From NCBI GenBank assembly GCA_016182085.1, contig JACOYB010000004.1, forward strand, positions 4,250 to 68,249: a stretch of DNA of 64,000 nt, in the 5' to 3' direction. Of the stretch, positions 19,943 through 27,839 are shown one piece after another. The translations under genes and the position numbers were made by a program. Positions within the stretch are counted from its first letter, which is position 1. Every line of letters starts with the position of its first letter. The notes below the pieces were generated by a model. The model searched no databases and was not told the origin of the DNA. It was given only the letters and a program-made list of their open reading frames with translations. Source of the DNA: Candidatus Magasanikiibacteriota bacterium. GTDB lineage: Bacteria > Patescibacteriota > Patescibacteriia > Magasanikbacterales > GWA2-37-8.

Positions 19943-20636
19943 AAGTTTTAGGGTTTTGTATTTTTTGATTGTTGAGGAAGAAACTAGGGGTGCCGTCAAC
20001 TTCGTTGGCGCCACTTTGATAGTCGCTAGTTATTTTTGTTTTAGCTGTTGCGGATTTAAAATCAGTCTTGAATTTTTCCATATCCAAGCCTAATTTTTCG
20101 GCATAGATATTAAAGGCTTCTTCAGGGTTAGGTGATACGGACCAAAATTTTTGATTTTCAAATAGCATGTCGTGCATTTCCCAGAATTTGCCTTGCTTTC
20201 CGGCAGCTTCCGCGGCTTGGGCCGCTGGCCTGGCATTATCATGTTGAGGTAACGGAAAGTGTCTGTACACGATCGCTAAATTTTTAAATTCTTTGCCAAG
20301 CTGTTTGACCATTGGATAGTATGCGCCGCAAGCCGGACATTGAAAGTCGCTATATTCAGTTAATACCACTTTAGCTTCTGCAAGCGTCGCGCCTTTTACC
20401 CAGTCACTGGCATCAGCCGGTTTTACCGTTCCGCCGGCAAATTGAGGTCCTGATTTTTTTGAGGCGAGGGCAATCATGGCGCCTATAGTTCCAACCACAA
20501 ATACGGTAATAACCGTCCAGAGGATGGCTGATTGCATTTTCTTTTTATTTTTTTCTTCCATTTGTTTATTTATTTTTTCTTCACGTTTTGTTTCCTGGCG
20601 TTCCTTATGGCTTAGATTTTGTTCGTTTTGTTCCAT
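19896..20636 (-). CDS. dsbA: membrane-anchored DsbA-family oxidoreductase
   Basis: EYSDFQCPAC, RHFPL, GTPSF and an N-terminal TM segment. Confidence 0.88.
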   Translation of the reverse strand: MEQNEQNLSHKERQETKREEKINKQMEEKNKKKMQSAILWTVITVFVVGTIGAMIALASKKSGPQFAGGTVKPADASDWVKGATLAEAKVVLTEYSDFQCPACGAYYPMVKQLGKEFKNLAIVYRHFPLPQHDNARPAAQAAEAAGKQGKFWEMHDMLFENQKFWSVSPNPEEAFNIYAEKLGLDMEKFKTDFKSATAKTKITSDYQSGANEVDGTPSFFLNNQKIQNPKTYEEFRTIIQQAGGAL

Positions 20637-20762
20637 ATCAAAATGATTAGTATTTACATACTACAGACCGTAGTATGTAAATTATATATCGGAATCAATA
20701 AAAGGTCAATAATATTTGTAGATACGTTGAACCCACCTTTGCTCAAGATGGGTAAGTCATTT

Positions 20763-21437
20763 TTATTCACAAACACGCTTGCTCTCCTCACTCGCTTCAA
20801 ACGATTCGGATGGGCACCTGCAGCTGTCATAGAATGTACCTTCGCACCACGTTTCGTCATGGGGCGGGCATTCTTGGTGCAGATTGCATAAATCGTTCAT
20901 ATCTATGGGCAAAACTTTATTTCCCTTGCCCCACGACATGATGGAGTAGGTGTCTCGGTGGTTTAGCCCCAAAGCATGGCCAAACTCGTGAGCTGAGGTA
21001 GGTGTGGTAATTTGCCCAGGATCGTTGAAGATGATCCGAGGCGAGCCGGAGTCGGTTAGGTAACAGCCGAAATATTTGGTTGGGGGCACTCCAAGTACAC
21101 AGCCATTTTCTTTTATCTGCAGAGAGATAGGGAAGTTAACTGCCCTGAGAGGCATCTCCTCTGGAGAAAATACGATGATGGTTTTTGGTCTGAATCTTTT
21201 GGGAAAATGCTTAAACCAATCATCAAGTCCGGCTCTAAACACATCCAATCTTTTCTTTACACAAACATCAGTATCACCATCACAACCTGTGCTGAAACTG
21301 GGATCTACAACGAAGTAGATCGGTTCCCGCAGATTCAGATAGTATGTGGGTGATTCTTGAGAAAGAATAAAACTGGTTAATCCAAGAGCAAGAGCTAATC
21401 CCATTGCCACCTTGGCCATGAAATATTTGGCGCGCAT
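20763..21437 (-). CDS. secreted matrixin-like zinc metalloprotease
   Basis: HEFGHALGLNH plus Met-turn SIM, signal peptide, Cys-rich tail, AGGAG RBS. Confidence 0.8.
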   Translation of the reverse strand: MRAKYFMAKVAMGLALALGLTSFILSQESPTYYLNLREPIYFVVDPSFSTGCDGDTDVCVKKRLDVFRAGLDDWFKHFPKRFRPKTIIVFSPEEMPLRAVNFPISLQIKENGCVLGVPPTKYFGCYLTDSGSPRIIFNDPGQITTPTSAHEFGHALGLNHRDTYSIMSWGKGNKVLPIDMNDLCNLHQECPPHDETWCEGTFYDSCRCPSESFEASEESKRVCE

Positions 21438-21527
21438 GCTGTACTCCTCTACGCGTCAAACGCGTTGTGAATTGTAAAAGTTCGCTACTCTTTTAAGGTA
21501 GCATATTTTTGAGAAGCAAGCGAGTAT

Positions 21528-22256
21528 TTAGGGCAAGATAGGGGTGTTTCCTTTTTGTTTAGACATTTTGGAAAATAAAGGCATATACATGTCTTCTCGT
21601 ATATCAATATGCAGTTCTTTAGCATTTATTTTTTCACAAAATTCAATCGGCGCGTTTTTAATAATTGCAAGCGGCTGTCTTTCTTTGCCTTCACCCATAA
21701 CCAGCACTGCCGCCGTGGCCAGGCTATCGGCTATATCAACTTTGGAAAATTCAAATTTTTTGCCAAAGATATCGGATGTGCCAATATAATTTTTAATTCC
21801 TTTTAAACCAGCGTATCCTAGCGCTACGCCGGTGATGCCAGCGCGCAGCGGCATAGTGCGGCCATCGGTAATAAGCACGCCTAAATTTTTTATTTTATAT
21901 TTTTTTCGTAATTGCAGGCGCAGATTGTGGGCGGATTTGAAACTGTCTTTTGGCAGGAGTATTAGTTTGCCACCCGCATTGGATTCGTCTATGCCGGCCG
22001 AAGCCATGACCATGTTGTCTTTTATCGTAAGCCAGACATATTTGGTGGGCATTGCCATTTGGCTTTCAGCGATGATCAACCTTTCTTTTTCTTTGTGATT
22101 TTTTACCATCGCTGTCCGATTTTCTGCCAGAGCTACGATTTTGGAAGTAACCACCAAGACTGATTTTTCCGGCAATTTTTTTATATAATGTGTAATAAAA
22201 TTAAAAAGATTTTTACCTTCTTTAAATACCCGGGTTTTTATTGGTTTGACGATCAT
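21528..22256 (-). CDS. CofE-like gamma-glutamyl ligase (FolC2-like)
   Basis: VVTSKIV, SAGIDESN, ITD..TMPLR.G, VMGEG.E.QP; directly downstream of folB. Confidence 0.85.
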   Translation of the reverse strand: MIVKPIKTRVFKEGKNLFNFITHYIKKLPEKSVLVVTSKIVALAENRTAMVKNHKEKERLIIAESQMAMPTKYVWLTIKDNMVMASAGIDESNAGGKLILLPKDSFKSAHNLRLQLRKKYKIKNLGVLITDGRTMPLRAGITGVALGYAGLKGIKNYIGTSDIFGKKFEFSKVDIADSLATAAVLVMGEGKERQPLAIIKNAPIEFCEKINAKELHIDIREDMYMPLFSKMSKQKGNTPILP

Positions 22257-22266
22257 ATATTAAAAT

Positions 22267-22626
22267 TTATTTGCGAGTGCGGGAAATTTCTATGCCGACT
22301 GATTTAAGAAAATTAAAACGGTTTGGCTTTTCAACTCTTACCATAACATATCGGACACGCGGGTTAAAGGCAAGGCTGTAGTCGCCGATAGCGCTGGCCA
22401 AAGTTTCAATAAGGCCAAATCGCGAAGTGCCGGCTAGTTCTAAAATGTACCGGTAAACTGGCCGATAATCAACCGTTTTATTAAGGTCGTCATCGGCAAT
22501 GGCTTCAATTACATCGGCGGCTAATTCCACATTTATTAAAATATCCTGCATTTCTTTTTTTTCTTCTTCATTAATACCAATCTGGCAGCGCACCAAGAGG
22601 TCTTTTATAAATATTTTTCCAAGCAT
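22267..22626 (-). CDS. folB: dihydroneopterin aldolase
   Basis: IG...EE....Q, TVDY, LIETLA, VEKP. Confidence 0.88.
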   Translation of the reverse strand: MLGKIFIKDLLVRCQIGINEEEKKEMQDILINVELAADVIEAIADDDLNKTVDYRPVYRYILELAGTSRFGLIETLASAIGDYSLAFNPRVRYVMVRVEKPNRFNFLKSVGIEISRTRK

Positions 22627-22658
22627 ATGTTTGTTGAATTATTATTTTAATTTATGAC

Positions 22659-22755
22659 AAACAAAAAACCGCCGATAGGGCGGGAAAGAATACAAAATTC
22701 ACCCGCTCCTATTAGTCAGAAGGGTTGTGGTCAGTAAATCCGGACCAAGTAACTG
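22659..22755 (-). promoter_or_regulatory. riboswitch- or attenuator-like leader of folB
   Basis: Terminator CCGCC/GGCGG plus T-run, an overlapping antiterminator, and an upstream UGGUC/GACCA hairpin. Confidence 0.55.
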
Positions 22756-22778
22756 TGTATTTATTATGAAGCATAATG

Positions 22779-23777
22779 TTATTTTTTCATCCCATGATGA
22801 ACCGTTTCTTTACTGCGGATCCATAGAGCGCCAACGACAGAAATTAATAGAGAGATGCCCACGACAATGCTAAAGGCATGGAGCGAGTTAGCAAATGGCA
22901 GAGATACATTCATACCATAAAATGTGCCAACAAGAGTTGGAAGCATTAGGATAAGGGTGAGTCTGGTCAGCCAATTAACGGTGCGAGTAAGGTTGTTGGA
23001 AATTAAGGAGCTTAAAGCGTTACGGGTATCTTCCGCAATGTGGCCATATACTTTTACCACCTCTAAAGCCTGGCGCATTTCATCCAGGGTATCATCAAAC
23101 AACTCTCGATCATCCTCGGTTTCCATAAAACCGCGCCGGCGGGCAAGTTTTTCTAAAACAATATAGTTTGACGATAAAGCTGCGTTGAAATAAACCAGAG
23201 AGCGTTCAATACTTAACAAGTCAATAATTTCTTTATCTAATTCTCTTAAACGGCGTTCAGCCAGAGGAATTTGTAAGCGGTTATATAAATCGCGAAGGTA
23301 GCGCAGATAAATTTTTGCGGTAATCAAAAGTACTTTGGTGACAAATTGCGGCTGGTGCTGGGTGTCTACAATATGGTTGCGGCTGGTATTTTTTATTTTT
23401 GTTTCCAAATAACTAATCACGTCGTTTTTTCTGGCGCTTATCGTTACTATGCATTGCGGTGTCAGCAGTATGGCGAGTGGATTTACGGAGTATTTAATAT
23501 CCAACTGCTCTGTATCTTTGGGCGGGGTAGAGAGCGGCGTCTGCGCGAGCAAGTAAAACATACCGTCCAACCTGTCCAGTTTTGGCACTTCGTTTACATC
23601 GCGCACATCAGTAATTACCTCCTCAGGAATCTTAATGAGGGGGGCAAGCGCGATGATATCGTCTTCAGTCGGAGATTCTAATTCAACCCACACTTCCGAA
23701 ACTTCTTTCATCTGCTGTTGGGTAAGATTGGGAAGCACCTCTGATTTTCCATCGTGAATTGAGTATATACTAAACAT
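22779..23777 (-). CDS. corA: CorA-family Mg2+ transporter
   Basis: Two C-terminal TM segments with YGMN; start moved to 23777. Confidence 0.88.
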   Translation of the reverse strand: MFSIYSIHDGKSEVLPNLTQQQMKEVSEVWVELESPTEDDIIALAPLIKIPEEVITDVRDVNEVPKLDRLDGMFYLLAQTPLSTPPKDTEQLDIKYSVNPLAILLTPQCIVTISARKNDVISYLETKIKNTSRNHIVDTQHQPQFVTKVLLITAKIYLRYLRDLYNRLQIPLAERRLRELDKEIIDLLSIERSLVYFNAALSSNYIVLEKLARRRGFMETEDDRELFDDTLDEMRQALEVVKVYGHIAEDTRNALSSLISNNLTRTVNWLTRLTLILMLPTLVGTFYGMNVSLPFANSLHAFSIVVGISLLISVVGALWIRSKETVHHGMKK

Positions 23778-23931
23778 ATTTAAGTGCAATAATAGCCATA
23801 GTATATCTAAGAAAGTGAAATTTAACAAGCTTAAGAAGCATTCCTTAGAGTTCCTCTAAAACAGTATCTAATTAGAGTTTGTGCTTAAACAAAAAGAGAG
23901 GCCCGATTCCAGACCTCTCTTTGTATGTTGT

Positions 23932-24186
23932 TTAAAGCGGTCCGACTTTACCCCAGAACATGACTTTCCAGTCGTTGTCGTCGCCGTCGGAAACCCAAGC
24001 GCCAAACGGACGCCAGCCCGAACCAAGCTGGGCATAAGGTTTCATCCAGCCATTTTCCATGCGGTACTTATAATCCGCGGTGGACTTCACCTTTTTAATA
24101 GCGCCGCCTTTTACCCACGGAGCCCAGAAAAGAAGACCGACAACTGCCACTGCGACCAGCAGGGCAATCACAAGTTTTTTTCTCAT
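23932..24186 (-). CDS. small hypothetical secreted or membrane protein
   Basis: 84 aa, N-terminal hydrophobic helix, Trp-rich. Confidence 0.6.
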   Translation of the reverse strand: MRKKLVIALLVAVAVVGLLFWAPWVKGGAIKKVKSTADYKYRMENGWMKPYAQLGSGWRPFGAWVSDGDDNDWKVMFWGKVGPL

Positions 24187-24244
24187 ATGCTTGCTGCATT
24201 TAAAAATTAAAACTCTTTATATATATGATACACGAATTTCGCTT

Positions 24245-24263
24245 GTCGGGGTAGTGGGACTTG
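24245..24263 (-). repeat. duplicated 3' end of tRNA-Pro (att-like)
   Basis: GTCGGGGTAGTGGGACTTG identical to 24588-24606. Confidence 0.8.
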
Positions 24264-24588
24264 GCCTCGACTCATAATGCCCGCGAGCATTATGGTCTGG
24301 CCACCGCCTCGCCATCCGCGCGAGCGGATATGGCTCCGGCGTTCAAGTCCCAACACGAGCAAAACTTTTTGCTCGTTCTACCTCTCCTCATTTCATTCGT
24401 CGGCCTAATATCGCAATTACAGAACTTCATCGGCTTTACACCGCCATCTCACGGGCAGTGGAACGCGCGCCAGAAGATCTCCAGATAGAGAGTTCCAGTT
24501 CCCATTCCCTTACCTGATTGAGCCAAAGAACAACCAAAAGGCCTCATGTGATGCAGGAATGATAACAGTTCGATATGTTCTGATTCCG

Positions 24589-24662
24589 TCGGGGTAGTGG
24601 GACTTGAACCCACAATCCCCTGCTCCCAAAGCAGGTGCTCTAGCCAATTGAGCCATACCCCG
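24589..24662 (-). tRNA. tRNA-Pro(TGG)
   Basis: Cloverleaf CGGGGTA..TACCCCG-A, anticodon loop TTTGGGA, TTCAA T-loop. Confidence 0.95.
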
Positions 24663-24676
24663 TTTATATTATCTCG

Positions 24677-24748
24677 TGCCGCGAGTCAGAGTCGAACTGA
24701 CCACGCCAGCCTCTTCAGGGCTGCGCTCTACCGATGAGCTATCGCGGC
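24677..24748 (-). tRNA. tRNA-Phe(GAA)
   Basis: GCCGCGA..TCGCGGC-A acceptor stem, CAGCC-CTGAAGA-GGCTG anticodon arm. Confidence 0.95.
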
Positions 24749-24752
24749 TTAT

Positions 24753-24989
24753 TTATATCCTATTTTTTAAAAATCGTCTACCGAAACCAGTTTTGAAATA
24801 TTTTTCCCTGGCCAGTGCTTTATTTTTAGATAAACACGCTTCGTAATATACCAATTGAAGTGGTCGTCTAGCTAATGTGGCCGGCACATGTCCGTCACAG
24901 TGTTCTTTGAATCTAATCTTTAAATTTTCGCTATATCCAATGTAAAGTTTGCTATCTTTTAAGCTTTTTAATACATAAGTATAGTGCAT
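24753..24989 (-). CDS. small GIY-YIG nuclease
   Basis: MHYTYVLKS....LYIGYSENL..R..EH...YYEA......A..REKYFK; 78 aa from ATG 24989. Confidence 0.9.
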   Translation of the reverse strand: MHYTYVLKSLKDSKLYIGYSENLKIRFKEHCDGHVPATLARRPLQLVYYEACLSKNKALAREKYFKTGFGRRFLKNRI

Positions 24990-24997
24990 ATTAATGT

Positions 24998-25075
24998 GGC
25001 TGCGCTCCCGCGCCCGCAACGCCTGAGCAAGCTCAAGCTTGCGATGGCGGGCGGGTACCGATGAGCTATCGCGGC
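24998..25075 (-). pseudogene. 5' stub of tRNA-Phe interrupted by a 48-bp palindromic element
   Basis: GCCGCGATAGCTCATCGGTA [25008-25055 insert] GAGCGCAGCC equals the first 30 nt of the intact tRNA-Phe. Confidence 0.85.
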
Positions 25076-25080
25076 TTTTG

Positions 25081-25153
25081 TGGACCCTATCGGGCTCGAA
25101 CCGATCACCCCCGCGTTGCAAACGCGGTGCTCTACCAAATGAGCTAAGGGCCC
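25081..25153 (-). tRNA. tRNA-Ala(TGC)
   Basis: GGGCCCT..AGGGTCC-A acceptor stem with G3:U70, anticodon TGC. Confidence 0.95.
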
Positions 25154-25252
25154 GTAACCAATTAAAAAAGTAAAAATATTCTATCAATAGTTAACAAAAA
25201 AGTCAACTGATGATATAATGATTTTGTCTTTATTAATTAAAATTAATATATT

Positions 25253-25672
25253 ATGGGACAGTTCTCTATGTTGGGGCAAGTAATTTTGGCCTTGTTGTTG
25301 GGAGGGCTTTTAGGTTGGCAAAGAGGTGCAAGAGGCAAATGGGCTGGGCCGCGAACATTTGCGTTTGTAGCTGGGGGTTCAGCACTATTTACGGTACTAT
25401 CTCTTTATGCTTTTGGAGCTGATATAGCCAGAATTGCTTCGCAAATTGTCGTAGGGATAGGTTTTTTGGGCGCAGGTACCATTTTACATACAGAAAACAG
25501 GGTGGTTGGTCTTACGACAGCTGCCGGACTTTGGATGGCATCTGCCATCGGGATGTCTGTGGGAGTCGGTTATTATTTGTTAGCTGTTTTAGTAAGTTTG
25601 CTGGCCCTCGGTATTTTTATGATGGATGATAGAAACTACGAAAAAAATTTGGAAAACAAAGATACTAAGTAA
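25253..25672 (+). CDS. MgtC/SapB-family membrane protein
   Basis: AG.RTF, IASQIVVGIGFLGAG, GLTTAA.LW. Confidence 0.88.
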   Translation: MGQFSMLGQVILALLLGGLLGWQRGARGKWAGPRTFAFVAGGSALFTVLSLYAFGADIARIASQIVVGIGFLGAGTILHTENRVVGLTTAAGLWMASAIGMSVGVGYYLLAVLVSLLALGIFMMDDRNYEKNLENKDTK

Positions 25673-25754
25673 TTTTCTTTTTGAAGCAGACCAGAAAAAT
25701 AATCGTAATAAAAATAACCCGCCCAGATTCTTGGACGGGTTATTTTAAATATTG

Positions 25755-26822
25755 TTATTCTTCAGTTGGGGGCGGCGCATTCTCGTCTTCATCGGCCGGT
25801 TCTTCTTCCGGAGCTTCGCCCTTCTCTACTACTTCCCAAATGTCTTTGGAAATAGCCTTCAGAAGTTTAGGATTCTCTCTTAAGAATTTTTTAGCGGTTT
25901 CTCTGCCCACACCCAGTTTTTCATCGCCATAGCTGTAAGAATTTCCGGATTTATTTATAACTTTATAAATGACGCCGTTATCAAGCACATCACCGGAAAC
26001 AGAAATACCTTCGTTATACATGATATCAAACTCACAGGTGCGGAATGGGGGAGCGACTTTATTTTTTACAACTTTAACTTTCACTCGGTTGCCGATAATT
26101 TTATCACCCTGTTTGATTTGCGCGGCGCGGCGAACTTCTATACGCAGAGAAGAATAAAATTTCAAAGCATTGCCGCCAGTGGTTGTTTCCGGATTACCAA
26201 ACACAATCCCAATTTTCATTCTGGTTTGGTTAATAAAAACAACGACAGTTTTGGATTTGCTGATAATACCAGTCAATTTTCGCAGAGCCTGACTCATAAG
26301 TCTGGCCTGTAAGCCCATATGTGAATCGCCCATCTCACCTTCAATTTCCGCTTTTGGCACTAGGGCCGCAACCGAGTCTATAACAATTACATCCACCGCG
26401 TTGGAACGTACCAAAGTTTCTACGATATCCAAGGCTTGTTCGCCAGTATCTGGCTGGGAGATTAAAAGCTCGTCTACTTTTACACCGATTTTTTTCGCGT
26501 AATCCGGGTCTAGTGCGTGTTCGGCATCCACAAACGCGGCAATGCCGCCCAGTTTTTGCACTTCAGCCACAATGTGTTGAGCGAGCGTGGTTTTACCCGA
26601 GGCTTCCGGCCCATAAATTTCAACGATACGTCCGCGCGGCACTCCGCCTACGCCTAAGGCGATATCAAGTGATAAACATCCGGTAGGTACGGCATCCACT
26701 TCCATGGTTTTGGATTCACCGAATTTCATTATCGCTCCATCTCCGAATTTACTTTTAATCTGTTCTATGGCGCTTTCCGCGGCCTTCAATTTCTCCTTTA
26801 CCTCCTCGGATATTTTTGGCAT
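25755..26822 (-). CDS. recA: recombinase RecA
   Basis: [34 protein letters not shown]. Confidence 0.98.
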   Translation of the reverse strand: MPKISEEVKEKLKAAESAIEQIKSKFGDGAIMKFGESKTMEVDAVPTGCLSLDIALGVGGVPRGRIVEIYGPEASGKTTLAQHIVAEVQKLGGIAAFVDAEHALDPDYAKKIGVKVDELLISQPDTGEQALDIVETLVRSNAVDVIVIDSVAALVPKAEIEGEMGDSHMGLQARLMSQALRKLTGIISKSKTVVVFINQTRMKIGIVFGNPETTTGGNALKFYSSLRIEVRRAAQIKQGDKIIGNRVKVKVVKNKVAPPFRTCEFDIMYNEGISVSGDVLDNGVIYKVINKSGNSYSYGDEKLGVGRETAKKFLRENPKLLKAISKDIWEVVEKGEAPEEEPADEDENAPPPTEE

Positions 26823-26904
26823 ACAAGCTTTGCATTATGAATAATGAGCCATAAGTTATGGACCCAAAAGGTCCTTAGCATATAATTCACAATTCACAAT
26901 TCGT

Positions 26905-27606
26905 TTAGAAGTTTGATTCTATTTTTTTAACGGTCAAATTATTGGATTTGACGATAATGTGCCGGGTAACCATTGTGGTTTTGCCGTGTTTTTTGATTGC
27001 AGATATAGTAATCGTATTTACTCCATTTGACAAGTCAATTGGCACTTCAAACCTTCCTTGATTATTTGCCATGGCCTCCTTGCCGTTTACGGTCAGACGT
27101 ACCTCTTTTTCAGTTTCACCTTGCACGATTGCTACCGGCTTATTGGAAATATACCCTTCAATAGGGCTAAATACAGCCAGTTTTGGCGGCTGTAAAATGC
27201 CATTTACTTGCCAGATAAGATAACTGACAAATCCAACCACTAAAACTCCCAGGGAAACATATCTAAAAAGATTGGATAATGAACTCATACGCCATAATCG
27301 TAAGACACGAAGCGGGTGAGTCGGCTTGTAATTGTGCAAATCCGATTCTTGTGAAAATTGATGCAAAAAGCTGGCTGGATTTAAATTCAGAGTTTCCGCG
27401 TACTGACGGATATAAGCCAAACGGTGGGCTTTGGCTTGGGGTAGTTCTTTAAAACGCGCGCTTTCAATGGCCTCTAAATATTTTATTGGTATCCTCGTTT
27501 TTTTAGAGATATCTTCCAAAGATAAGCATAGTTCTCGGCGAGTTTTTTTTAAACGTTCTCCCACCCGGATCAGCGGCTCTAATTTTTTTAGACAAAACAC
27601 TGCCAT
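26905..27606 (-). CDS. RodZ-like HTH protein with TM and Ig-like domain
   Basis: N-terminal XRE HTH (YLEAIE...YIRQYA), TM segment, beta-rich C-terminus; follows ftsK. Confidence 0.75.
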   Translation of the reverse strand: MAVFCLKKLEPLIRVGERLKKTRRELCLSLEDISKKTRIPIKYLEAIESARFKELPQAKAHRLAYIRQYAETLNLNPASFLHQFSQESDLHNYKPTHPLRVLRLWRMSSLSNLFRYVSLGVLVVGFVSYLIWQVNGILQPPKLAVFSPIEGYISNKPVAIVQGETEKEVRLTVNGKEAMANNQGRFEVPIDLSNGVNTITISAIKKHGKTTMVTRHIIVKSNNLTVKKIESNF

Positions 27607-27619
27607 ATGCTACTTTCTT

Positions 27620-27830
27620 GTCATGCTGAATTTATTTGCAAGTCGAGTGAGAGAAAAGTAAAAGTTTACTTTTCCGAACGAGCGAAGCAAATATGTTTTA
27701 ACTATATTTCAGCATCTTCATTTGTCATTCCCGCAACAGTGGGAATCCAGTATCCATAAATTGTCTGGATTCCCGCCTTGGCGGGAATGACAATGTACGT
27801 ATAGAGATCCTGAAACAAGTTCAGGATGAC
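27620..27830. repeat. composite of three palindromic elements
   Basis: Outer GTCATGCTGAA..GAGATCCTGAAACAAGTTCAGGATGAC, an insert at 27638-27709 in its left arm, and inner GTCATTCCCGC..GGGAATGAC at 27724-27791. Confidence 0.85.
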
Positions 27831-27839
27831 AGTTATTTG

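Noticed and set aside
24990-25187. N-terminal extension of the GIY-YIG ORF in the track
   Set aside because: It runs through tRNA-Ala and the tRNA-Phe stub; the real start is ATG 24989.
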